A stretch of DNA of 41,010 nucleotides, taken from Folioceros fuciformis. Its lineage: Eukaryota. The DNA is taken from NCBI GenBank assembly GCA_049999805.1, contig JBNGIO010006314.1, positions 54,834-95,843 of the forward strand, in the 5' to 3' direction. The position numbers were made by a program, and so were the translations under genes. Of the stretch, positions 1 through 10,596 are shown piece by piece; within the stretch, counting starts at the first letter, position 1, and each line of letters starts with the position of its first letter. Below the pieces are notes generated by a model that searched no databases, was not told the DNA's origin, and saw only the letters and a program-made list of their open reading frames with translations.

Positions 1-1
1 C

Positions 2-523
2 GTTGGACTCTTTTATCAATCTGGATCACCATCAAGTCTCAAATTATTTGCATATACCGATGCTGATTGGGCTACAGACTCTGAATCTCGGAAGAGTCTT
101 TCTACATACTGTTTCCTCTTAACTGGTGCTGCAGGTAATTGGTCCTGTAAAAAGCAACAGTCAATTGCATTATCTTCAACCGAAGCCGAATATATTTCAC
201 TTACTGATTCTGCAAAAGAGGCGGAGTGGGAGCGTGCTTACCTGAAGGATCTGCATGTTGAGCAACTCGAACCCACTGTTCTTCACTGTGATAACAGCTC
301 AGCAATTGCCTTAGTGGCAAATCCACGTTTTCATGCACGGACAAAGCATTTTGAGATTAAACATCACTATATTAGGGACACTGTATCAAGAGGAGTGATC
401 AAGCTAACCCATGTGCCTACAGCTGACAACACAGCAGATATCTTAACAAAGGCACTGCCCAAGTTGAAGCATAGATTTCATATGGAGTCCCTAGGACTCA
501 AGGACTTCAGTCACTTACTTTGA
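2..523 (+). mobile_element. Ty1/copia LTR retrotransposon pol, RT end + RNase H (5'-truncated by window edge)
   Basis: Open frame from nt 2 reads AYTDADWA...SWxCKKQ-like (NWSCKKQQSIALSSTEAEY)...CDNSSAI...HARTKHFEIKHHYIRD...ADILTKAL, the canonical copia RNase H motifs; no internal stops. Confidence 0.95.
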
Positions 524-646
524 AGGCATGTGAACTTACCTGGAGTGTGTGGGAGGGCAGGGGACCTTAGTTCCCTTCTCTGGAAACTGTTTATAGTTCA
601 TGTTTACACAGTTCTAGCCATAGCTGTTGGTCCTTCCCTACACTGC

Positions 647-1264
647 CTACTTAGGTATATCCTGCGATATACACACATCCTCCTCACGTGCACATGTTAC
701 AGTTTTCCCTTTGGTCACACTCAGTGGATGAAGCCATGTAGAACATTTAATCATGGGTGTGTCCATCTTACCATAGCCCAGTTGCTCCAGTCTCTCGATC
801 ATTGCTGCCAGTTCGTCCGTTGTGAGAGGGATGTCGAAGCCACAGTTGTCCGATGTTGCTGACAATATGTCTCTCAGCTCCAGCACTTTGGTTCGCGCCG
901 TCTCCATCGCTACCTGAGTTTCTTCACACTTCTTGGAAGTCCTACGAAGGTGGCGCAACAACTGCAAGTCGGCCCTTCGGAGCTTCATCATTTCTGCCTC
1001 AGTTGCTTCCCGTCTTGCAGATTCAGCCGAAGATTCTGGTGAGTGCGGACGCGCCTTCCCTTTCTTTGTGCTGCTGTCTGCTTCGGCGGTGATGCAACTT
1101 TCTTCGACGAGTGCTTGTGGCGGCATCCATCCTCTCTGATATGTCAATCTGGAGTTTGGGTGTGTGCGCGCCATCCTCCAAGTGACTGTGACAGATACCA
1201 AAAGTGATGCTGCTACAAGTCCGCTGGCGATCCAGCTTAAAACGACACACACAGCGAGTTCCAT
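647..1264 (-). CDS. Hypothetical 205-aa protein (N-terminal hydrophobic/TM segment + coiled coil), antisense, downstream of copia pol
   Basis: ORF 647-1330, first ATG at 1264; MELAVCVVLSWIASGLVAASLLVSVTVTW hydrophobic stretch followed by basic residues, then an E/K/R/L-rich helical segment (ESARREATEAEMMKLRRADLQLLRHL...KVLELRDIL). Confidence 0.5.
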   Translation of the reverse strand: MELAVCVVLSWIASGLVAASLLVSVTVTWRMARTHPNSRLTYQRGWMPPQALVEESCITAEADSSTKKGKARPHSPESSAESARREATEAEMMKLRRADLQLLRHLRRTSKKCEETQVAMETARTKVLELRDILSATSDNCGFDIPLTTDELAAMIERLEQLGYGKMDTPMIKCSTWLHPLSVTKGKTVTCAREEDVCISQDIPK

Positions 1265-1528
1265 GTGATCTGGCCAGGAATTCAGATCGACCCCACTTGC
1301 TTTGGTTGTTGACGCAGTGTTATGTCGCACGCGTCGAGATGCCCCGCCAGAGTCTGAGGGAGTCTTCTCGTAATTTTCTCCTTTTAATCTGGCACGCGTT
1401 GCTTTGAAGACGTGGTACTGCTATCGCCTTTCGCTTATACCTTGCGCGTGGAGTGAAGGCCGAGACTTGAAAGTTGATCTCGTTTTTATGAGTCCCGTTT
1501 TTAATACAGCCTAGGTTATGTGGGAGTA

Positions 1529-1636
1529 TGAAAAATATACGTTTTAGTATATATGTTTAACCTAGGCGTATTAGGTTTAGATTATATAAATTACACTTTT
1601 TTTTATTTCAATAATTGAATCCATTTTATGATTTCA
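1529..1636 (+). mobile_element. Candidate short 3' LTR of the copia element, preceded by a PPT-like tract
   Basis: GTGGGAGTA immediately precedes TGAAAAA at 1529; TTTCA ends at 1610 and 1636 (inverted termini TGAAA/TTTCA); internal TATATAAA at ~1583-1590. The 5' LTR is outside the window, so this is unverified. Confidence 0.4.
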
Positions 1637-2453
1637 AGCTTGCTGGCTCTCACACACACATCATGTCAAGCTGCCTTGATACTTTTCTAGCATTTCTTAT
1701 TTTTCTTAAACAACTTTGAATTGTCGAAGGGCGAGGCAAAGCTGCCGGTTCAATCCCTTCTCCACCCCGTGACCTCAATCTTTCCCAATCCCCATTGCTC
1801 AGCCTGTGCGCCCATCCATCCAGCCTACCTCCCAGACCCACTCCCTCTAATCCACAGCCTAGCCTACCTCATCCATCTAGCTAGCACTTTGACCTCGCGG
1901 TGACCGCCTATCGTATTCCATGAGAGCAGTCGTATTCCATGGCCCTGCCATCTCAATTTGCTCCCTCATCACCTCGTGGTCAAATATCTAGCTCTATCAG
2001 TCCTCTACAACAAGCGCCCATTCTGCCCGACCTAATCTCGTTATTAAATACCGGTGCCCCAACCTAATTCTTAGCCAGCCTCACTCCCTATGCACCCTTT
2101 TCAATCTTCCCCTGTGCTCCACATTCACCCGCACATCCCAACTAGCCACTACCCAACTAGCTATGGATGTACTTCCATACCCCATTAGCACACCCCCTCC
2201 CATCCCTCCAGCCCCTTCTAACTCCCTCTCTGAAGCTCCAAAGTTTGGGGTTGTGGTTTGTTTTGGTTGAAAAAGAGTTAATAGTGGTATGGTTTGGTTT
2301 TCTTTTCTTTTTTTACATATTTTCTCTAATTTTCCTTTATTTTCTTATGTTTCTTTATACTAATTAGGTTTATTGATCAATAAATAATTGGTTTGGTTAT
2401 TAGAATGGGTATAGGTTTGGTCCTAGACCTGGAAAAGTCTATGGAAAATGGAA

Positions 2454-2553
2454 NNNNNNNNNNNNNNNNNNNNNNNNNNNNNNNNNNNNNNNNNNNNNNN
2501 NNNNNNNNNNNNNNNNNNNNNNNNNNNNNNNNNNNNNNNNNNNNNNNNNNNNN
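2454..2553. other. Assembly gap (100 N)
   Basis: Run of exactly 100 N. Confidence 1.
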
Positions 2554-3319
2554 ACCATAGGGTCAGGTTTGAATTTAGGTTTGATGATTGATTTAATATT
2601 AATTAAAGATAGATAGTATTAAATAGTATTAAATAATAGAATAATTAAATACTGGGTTGAACCTGGGAGCGGGAATATGGGATATGTGAAGGTGCTATGT
2701 CAGGGTGGTCTGGTTGCCCGACAGGGTTCCACAATTAACTAAACGACCATGAGAGCTTCACCCTAGATAGGGCAAAAGTAGGGCTGCTCCCATCCCCATT
2801 CCTCTCCCTCCCTTTCTTCCTTCTCCTACATTTGTCATTCCCCGCTTCCTCTTTTCCCTCTTCCTTCTTAATCTCTTTGCCTCGTTTCCTTCATTGGATC
2901 CAAGCTACAGGCATAAGCACCCTCGGGAGTTGGGATTTGAATGCACACCGGAGGAGCTTTAGCCGAGCTGTAGGACTTGGGCATTGCAGGAACCAACGGC
3001 GGCACAACCCATTGGGTCTCCTGATCCAGCTCCGTCCCCGATTTCCTTTATTCAGTTCCCATTGGCATCCTCTCCCAGCCACATACCCGATCCAATCCCT
3101 CCCCACTGTTGTCCCTTCCCGTTGCTGCAGATTGCTGGGCGATCTAGCTCGATTTCCAGCCCACCCCAACCTGCCCTGCCGGTTTCAGTCTCCTCTCTAC
3201 CCTATATTTTTTTTCCGTTGATTTCCTGCTAATTTCCCTTTTCTTTTACAACATTCTAGGTAAAGTTAAGGACCTTTACCCGACTTTCAAGGAGTACCAT
3301 AGTCTAGTTGAAGACACAA

Positions 3320-3393
3320 CTTTAAATCTTGACTATGGGCCAATAATTATGGGTGCTTTAAATCTGGACGATGGGCCAATAATTTTCGGTGCT
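3320..3393. repeat. Imperfect tandem duplication, ~36 bp x2
   Basis: CTTTAAATCT.GAC.ATGGGCCAATAATT.T.GGTG occurs twice in tandem. Confidence 0.8.
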
Positions 3394-3980
3394 CGCTTCT
3401 CCCTGTGTTGGTTAGTACCCCTAGAATTCAGGTTAAGACTTGTTTGATCACGAGAAAGTTCGTAGGGTAGGCTAGTAATTATTGGATGCCTACGATTAGT
3501 GGACTAGTTTGCTTGCACATCCTACACTGCCAATAGCTCTTGGTGCATATATACGTGAATGATGATTTACCTTCGATATGCGTTGCGGCAAGGTAAAGTC
3601 GCAAAGGATTTGAAAGGATGGACGAATGTTATATGCTCAATTTGCATCTTTCTTGGTCAATCTTGCTAAGTTTAGGATCGTGGGCCATAAATATGATAAT
3701 ACGTCCTTTGTTCTTTACATGAGTACCTTGTCGGAGGTTGGTGAGGAGTGCAAGGTCCTGAAGGACGCCTAGTCCTAGTGGATTGTTAAAGCTGAAGCTA
3801 AGCCTTTTGTAAAGATACAAAGTTTGGGAGAGAGAAAGTCATATTGGCTATTGGGTTGGTGTTCAAACCCCATCTTGGGCTATTGAGATGGCTTGCTTTT
3901 GCACTAATAATATCTTTGCCATGTGCTTGGGAGTTCAAGGAGAAGGAGTAATTGGATCATGAGAGGGTAATTCCAATGGT

Positions 3981-4018
3981 GGTGAACTCGTGGGAGGGGT
4001 GAACTCGTGGGAGGGGTG
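3981..4018. repeat. Perfect tandem duplication, 18 bp x2
   Basis: GGTGAACTCGTGGGAGGG repeated directly. Confidence 0.85.
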
Positions 4019-6242
4019 CATTGTTTTGGTAAACTCATAAACAGACCTGAAGCCAACCGACAAACGAATCTTCGGGAAACGGGTTTTTTCCATTTCCTGG
4101 TTTGTGCCTAAACGGGTACTCAAAACGAGTCCTGTTTCCAACATCACAACATCTCGGATGAGGATGCCGAGCCTATTTTGGCAATACATACAACATACCT
4201 GATATTTGTGGAACGTGATCCTTAAGGCCCCTGAAGAGGGTACGGGGAGTTTGAACCACGTACAGTAACAATACAGGTCACGGGGAGCTCCTAATGAATT
4301 TGAAATAGCACGTCGTTGACGTCTCAAACATTTTATGAAGGGGAAAATGATCTTCAGACATCTTCCACCGCCGGTGCTAGACCTTGAGACGGCCGATGCC
4401 TCGACCACAAATTGCCTTTAGGACGCCTGGATGTCAGGATATGCCGAGCATAATTCGGCAGTGCCTGGCCGGGCTCGTGGTATGGATGTCCCACCCTTTC
4501 TGTGGAGGGCAGGGCACCCCATCCACAGCCCCGAGGTGGGCCATGGGGGAAGGCCTACTCCATCAACCAGACGAGACCTGGAACCAGAACCATCATAGTT
4601 CAATCGATCCGGCTTCAGCTCCAAGGTGGCCCGAAGTTCGATGCAAAATTCCACACGCCCCGATAAGGCACTCAGTATTTGGTATGCACTCCGCTCCGAG
4701 GCTAAGATTAGCTGGTACCAAGCACGACACGGAAGGGCAGAGAACGGCAGAGTGGTGAAACGACTGAAATCGAGTCGGTGGGACGTCTCATGGGCTGCGT
4801 ATGTTAGCGCTAGGGTTGCGCACTCGGCGTCCGATTCCGGAGTGGTTTGGGACGTTGGTATTTTACAGCGCAGGTACAGAGATCGAATTCCGTCGCGGCG
4901 TCGTCGATATGATTTGATTCTGTGTGCTGATATGTTGCGCCATGATCGGTTGGATGGGCAGTGGCGCAGGTTATAGGCATCATGGCGCCAGCCCGCACGA
5001 CGCGCATCCCATCCCATCCCGTCGCAGGGCAAGTTAGTATAGGGCCACTTGGGTAACGGAAACCCGCGCAACCGGACGCGCCGGTGGCCACGCAACGCCA
5101 CGCTAGGCGTGCCGTTGCAAAAGATCTCGGCCCACCGTACGGTGCTAACGTCACTGGCCTTATCGCGCGACCTATGTCTGTGCATCTGGGAAAGAAAATG
5201 AATGCAGCCCTTTACTTCTTCGTCTCCATCTCTCGACCCGCAGTTCGAACCACGGTATCGGCATGGGAGGGATGTGGTCACCCCCCGAATGTGCCACCGC
5301 CACGTGCGGACCAAGACAGTACGAGGCCATGATACCGCACTACTCTACCCGAATGCGGCCCAACGGCGAAACCTGTGGCGAATACATCGCCACTGCCCGC
5401 TCCAGGCTCCCGGTTGAACGCGCACTTGCCGTTGTGCGGGAACCGGGACGGAAATAGAAGGGGCCGGGATACCGGGGGTTCAAAAATAAGCAAGTAAAGA
5501 AAAGAGGAAAACTCCACAGTTGAAACCCCCTGCCAGGCCTGGACAGCATTTTGCCGTGTGCGAGAGGGGAACATAGCACATTAACAACACAACTGGGTAC
5601 TGGACACGGTGTATGTACTTATCGTCCGGCGTAATGAATAGCAAGGGTTTCGCCCCGCCTGTTCAGTACGGAGCGAGGTCAGGGCGGCCCGGGAATTTCG
5701 CCGACCTTGATGCGGCTTACAGCTTTATTAACATCGAGAGTTGGGTGTACAAGTACGCTGGGTGTCTAAGAGAGGGCGTCATCTGTGTATGTTTGGCTTG
5801 TGCGACTCTGGGAAAGGAGGAAAGCTAGCAGCACGGTCTGCGAAGGTCGCTGTAAGCGAGGTGTTGCGAGACCACGCGGAGACCGCCCCCCTGGTGAGGA
5901 AGGCTCGCACCGCGTTCTCCTGGTGCGTTATTCATATGTGCCTTGGCTGTGGCCGGGTGTTACGCAATGCGCGGCTGCTGCACCACCTCCCCTTCTGTGT
6001 CTTTTCTTCTTACTTTTGTTGTCGGTCCTCTGCGTGCGCTTTGGTTTTGTTTTGGCACTCTGCTCCCTCGTCGGGTCTTGGTAGCGCTGGGCTTTGAGAT
6101 ACTTTGAGGTGCCGCGTGCTTCTGGAAGCGGGAAGGGGAAGTTTGGCATTGGAGTAACAACGGCTTACGGAGGTGTGCGTGTGTACACCAGGGAAGGAGG
6201 TGCAGAGAGGAAGGCAAACTGGAAGACCGAGGTACGGGAGTT

Positions 6243-6939
6243 ATGGCTGTGAAGACACCCTTGGTGTCGACGCTGAACCCGAACGCGCCGTTGTACGTCC
6301 CGGCTGCGTTCGCTGCAGCCGAGGAGTACTCGGTGGAATGGTATCGTTTGATGGAGACGTCGCCCGCCTTCCAGGAGTACTGGCTGTCGCAGTGCTACGA
6401 CGACAGCAACAACGGGGAGGCGGCGCTCCACAGTTTCGTGGACGATGATTACCTCTACTTCGAAGAGCTGGAGAGGGAAATTCTGGAGGCCGAGCGTGAG
6501 GAGCAGGAGCTCTTGATGCAGGCCAAGAGCGACAACAGTTCCGAGAGTTTGGAGATTTTTGAGCTCATGATGCAGGCCAAGAGCGACAACGGTGGGTAAA
6601 GTCTCGCTACGCTGTTCTTGTGCGACTCCTGGCAGGGTTCCGGATGAGGTTTTCTTGTGTTGGCTGGGTGAAGTTTCTTGTTTCCCTATCATGGGGCCGG
6701 CATGGCCGGCTGCAGCTTCTTGCCCGCCTTTCCTTACCGTGTCTTCGTTTGTTTCGGCAGGGGCCGATCACGCGTTTCTTTGTTCGACTAATCAGTCTCT
6801 TATCAAGGAGACGGATGTGAAGAATGTCAAGAAGGTTTGGCCTGACCAGGTGAAGTATTTTGACAAAGTGCCGGCTAAGCTGGCAAACAGTCCGAGGAAG
6901 GTGGCCATTACGCAGCGCATCCAGCAGCCTCGCCCGTGA
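6243..6939 (+). CDS. ERD15: ERD15/CID-like PAM2-motif (poly(A)-binding-protein-interacting) protein, 2 coding exons (~6243-6591, ~6761-6939)
   Basis: STLNPNAPLYVP PAM2 motif, EEYSVEWYRLMETSPAFQEYWL motif, acidic middle, C-terminal KY..K.PAK...RIQQPR; phase-matched GT(6592)..AG(6760) intron. Confidence 0.88.
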
Positions 6940-7370
6940 GTGCCTCCTGGGACCATCATTGCGCAAGGCTGACGGACGAATTGTGTGGAAGTGGAAAAAG
7001 TTTGTCGAGCGGGACCGTTTGTTGGTCCCGCTGAGGACTTTACGCCTGTGAATAGACTTAATAGGATAGGTTTATGATCAGGACGGATCCTGGAGGGATA
7101 ATTTTCCGGGAGCTGTGCCTGTTCAAAACAAAAAGTTGTACATTTTTGTACTTTACCTTGCTCATGCAGGTCCAATTTCTTTACATCAATGAATGTGTAG
7201 TGAAATTCCCAAGAACAAACGCACCAAAATTGTTGGACGTTTTGTTTCGTTCATTGAACAATTCTCGTAAAAACATCAGGCTACGATAGCTACACTTCTT
7301 ACTACTGTTCTTACTTGCTGTAACATATGTTCACCACTTTCTATCAAAACTAGAGCCGCGCACCTGTATC

Positions 7371-10279
7371 CTACGCAGCTAATGCTTCTATGTCACGCAG
7401 ACGGAGAGTTACAGCTCGCTTATGGGCATCCAGGCCTTCAACTTCAGCCATCTTCTCAACAGATGGCCCAAGCAGCTGGAGGCCTTCTTTTGTCAAGGAT
7501 TGCACAGTCATGTACCTTACAAATGAATCCAGGGACACACCAGCATACATCCTTGCGTATCCGTAAGTGGGCAATACATGATTAGTGCCACTGGCATAGT
7601 CACCCACACTCTCTGGTGTCCACTTGCCGAGAAACACAGAACCTGAGAGGAACAATACATCATGTCATTCTTTTCGAAAAGGCAAATGGGAGAACCTAGC
7701 TCGGTATGCCCCTGGTAACCGAATTATCTATCTGGGTTCACTGTTTACCTGCATTCTCCAACTTGTCTAACCACTTCTCAGCATCATCCACGTTAACAAT
7801 GAGGTGTTCTGGTGCATAAAGGTTTGAAAACACACATGCCTGGAAGAGATTGCACCAGTGAGCACAAGCCACTGGCAGCACCAATCTTTGGTCTGTTCTG
7901 CTGTTGTGGGTAAGGGACGAAGAGTTCGGGGGGTACGTAGGATTCCGTACCTCATCCATGTCAGCAGCAATGACTGTGAAACTATGAGCCAGAGCCTGTG
8001 CAGCCGTATCACCTCTGGGAAGAGCATTGCATTGCTTTTCAAGTTCACGCTCAATGGCTCCAATATCCACCTCGCCGACAGCCACTAATACGACCTGACT
8101 GTCAGGGCCATGCTCTGCCTGCACGAGGGTAAAAAAAAAAGTCTTCAATGTAGGCTGAGCAAAAAGGAAAAAAAGAAGCTCTTAGAGCTTGCTGTTAGAA
8201 AAGCTACCTGAGAAAGCAGATCTGCTGCGAGATGAACTGGGCTTGCATGCTTGTCTGCGATAACCAGCACTTCTGAAGGACCAGCTGGCATGTCAATGGA
8301 TATCATTGCTTCACTATTCTGCCAACAAGGAAGAAGAGGTGCCCTTGAGGACAAAACATCCCAGCAGTACAGCCTGGCGGTAGAAAATATTGCCAAAGAC
8401 ATGTTAATGACCTGCAGCAGCATCTTGGCGGCAGTGACATACTGATTTCCTGGCCCCAAAATTTTGTCAACCTGAAGGCAGATCAACCATAACACAAACT
8501 TCAGGAGACAGATGAGGAAGTTACAACAAACGCCATGAGCACCACCACTACACAGCCCTCAGTACATGTAACATTCCTCACCTTGGGACATGATTCTGTG
8601 CCCCAAGCCATGGCAGCAATAGCCTGCAGATTCACTAATATGTAGTCAGTGGATGCTCACAGTGTCTCTACATACAAGAACAGGCAGGACTTCGACACAG
8701 CATGCATAAGGAAAGCCTTGCCTGGGCTCCACCAGCCTTCAGAATATACTTGGCACCAGCCTTTTTAGCACAATACAGCACTTCCTGCATGTTTTGAACA
8801 AGTCTAAGGAGAGAGCTTCAGCCGACTGCCGCTGCAGTTTCCATAAGCAGTGAAAAGATCACATACCGGACATATGGAACCATCAGGCCGAGGAGGAGTA
8901 GCAATTATCACAGTTTTGCAACCAGCAATTTGAGCAGGCTGCACACTAACGACACTGGTCAGCACCTGGAGCGTGAAGGACAGCAACGGCAAACACTAGA
9001 TGGCGATCGTAGAGTCTCACAATGGCCAGCATCAGTGCAGTTGATGGAAGCACAGCGGTGCCTCCAGGGACATACAATCCAACAGAGTTGATACTTCTCG
9101 CCACCCTTCGGCATGATACCCCCTGCAGCAAAGAGGACAGTTTTTTTCGAGTTTAGATTAAGCCCATCAGAAAGCGCTGCCGAAGATTCCTCGTGCCTAA
9201 AATATTAAAAGTGAGCAGCTTGACTCGACAGCCTTGCGCACCATCCATTGTCCTGCCTACCCACTTGCATTGTGCTGACTTCAAGCTGTTGAGACTTTTG
9301 CTGGGCTGCATGGAATTTGTAAATATTGGCATAGGCAACATCAAATGCCGCTTGCACATCTGGATCCAGCTGCACCCGACAAGAAATCACAACAGAATGT
9401 CAGCCCCTAAAGAGTCGTGACTGACAAAACAGAGATGCTCAAAGATAATTCGCGCAGCCTTACCACTGGGTCTGGCAGTTCATCTACGAGGTCGACGACG
9501 TTGTCCAATTTCACCTTATCAAATTTGACTGTGTAGCTGCCAACACGCGAGAAGACGTTTCAACATACCACTCACAGAAACTCGGGAGGAACTCAGGAAA
9601 ATCAGGTGCTGTTTGATACTGGTCTCAAAGTAAGGAACTCACTCTTTCACCGCCGCATCTCCTCGAGTACGAACATCGTCTATGATGGGACGCACCTGCA
9701 CACAGGCAATGGAGACACAAAAGACAACACGCCATGCTTCAGCCACGCCATGCTTCAGCATGAGCCAAATGACATAATGCTGGTTGCCCAAACTCTTGCC
9801 CAGATGCCACTGAGCTCGGAAAGTATCATACCCTGTCATAGACGGTGGTGAAATCTATGCGGGGTCGAGCTTGAAGGCCCTTCAACTCGGAATCGCTCAG
9901 ATCCGCGAACGTATAGCTCCGCAATACAGCCTTGCTCTCATCTCGAACTGCTGCGCGAAGAGATTCAGTGTGGAAACCGAGACTCAACATCCTTTCCCCT
10001 TCCCGCTTCTCCACAGCCAGCAGTCAAGGTCACAATTTGGGTACCTGCGATCTGAGCCACAACACCCACGACCCGGTTGTCTGGAGCCTGAGAATTGACG
10101 GGAAGATGCCCCATCGATGACAGCTGCAGACCTCTACACAACCCAAAACCACTTCCAGAGCAACAGGGCCAGGCTCTGCCGCCCAACTGGGTGCCTGCAA
10201 AGCTGCTGCCTGGAATTCGATTTGGAGCGGTGACAGCACAGGAACCAGCAGCAGGAGAACGCCACACGGATGCTTCCAT
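7371..10279 (-). CDS. HISN8: Histidinol dehydrogenase, plastid-targeted, 14 exons
   Basis: Motifs [95 protein letters not shown]; Ser/Ala/Gly-rich N-terminal exon resembles a transit peptide; splice sites traceable by eye. Confidence 0.96.
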
Positions 10280-10596
10280 CGCTGGATCCCCTAGGGCTAG
10301 CAGTATGCCTGGGAAAAGTATTCCGTGCTGATGCTGGACTCAAGTGCGCCAGGAGACTACAGACGCACATATTCCTTCCACGGTTTCCGACCGAAATCTT
10401 TCTTGCCAGGGTGAAATCCGTTGGTGATGGGCTCTCTCGGGACAGCTGGTCAACGCGCATCCTGATCGCTTTAACTCCTGGACATTGGGGTAGATCTGGA
10501 TGGGGTCAGCAGGCGTTGTGGGGGCGGATACCTTCCTCTGGTAGCTTAGTAGCTATAAAGCTGGGCTGCTAGCGGCTGGTAGCCTTGGAGGTGGGA

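Noticed and set aside
1700-3240. Pro/Leu/Phe-rich ORFs either side of the gap
   Set aside because: They arise from pyrimidine-rich low-complexity sequence; no coding signature.
3830-3885. GGTGTTCAAACCCC as a tRNA T-arm or SINE B-box
   Set aside because: No acceptor stem, D-arm or A-box could be built around it.
4384-5579. Overlapping ORFs up to 298 aa in the GC-rich stretch upstream of ERD15
   Set aside because: No recognisable motifs, Arg/Trp/Cys-rich random-looking composition, and ORFs in several frames as expected at high GC; more likely regulatory DNA (for example CACGTG at 5301).
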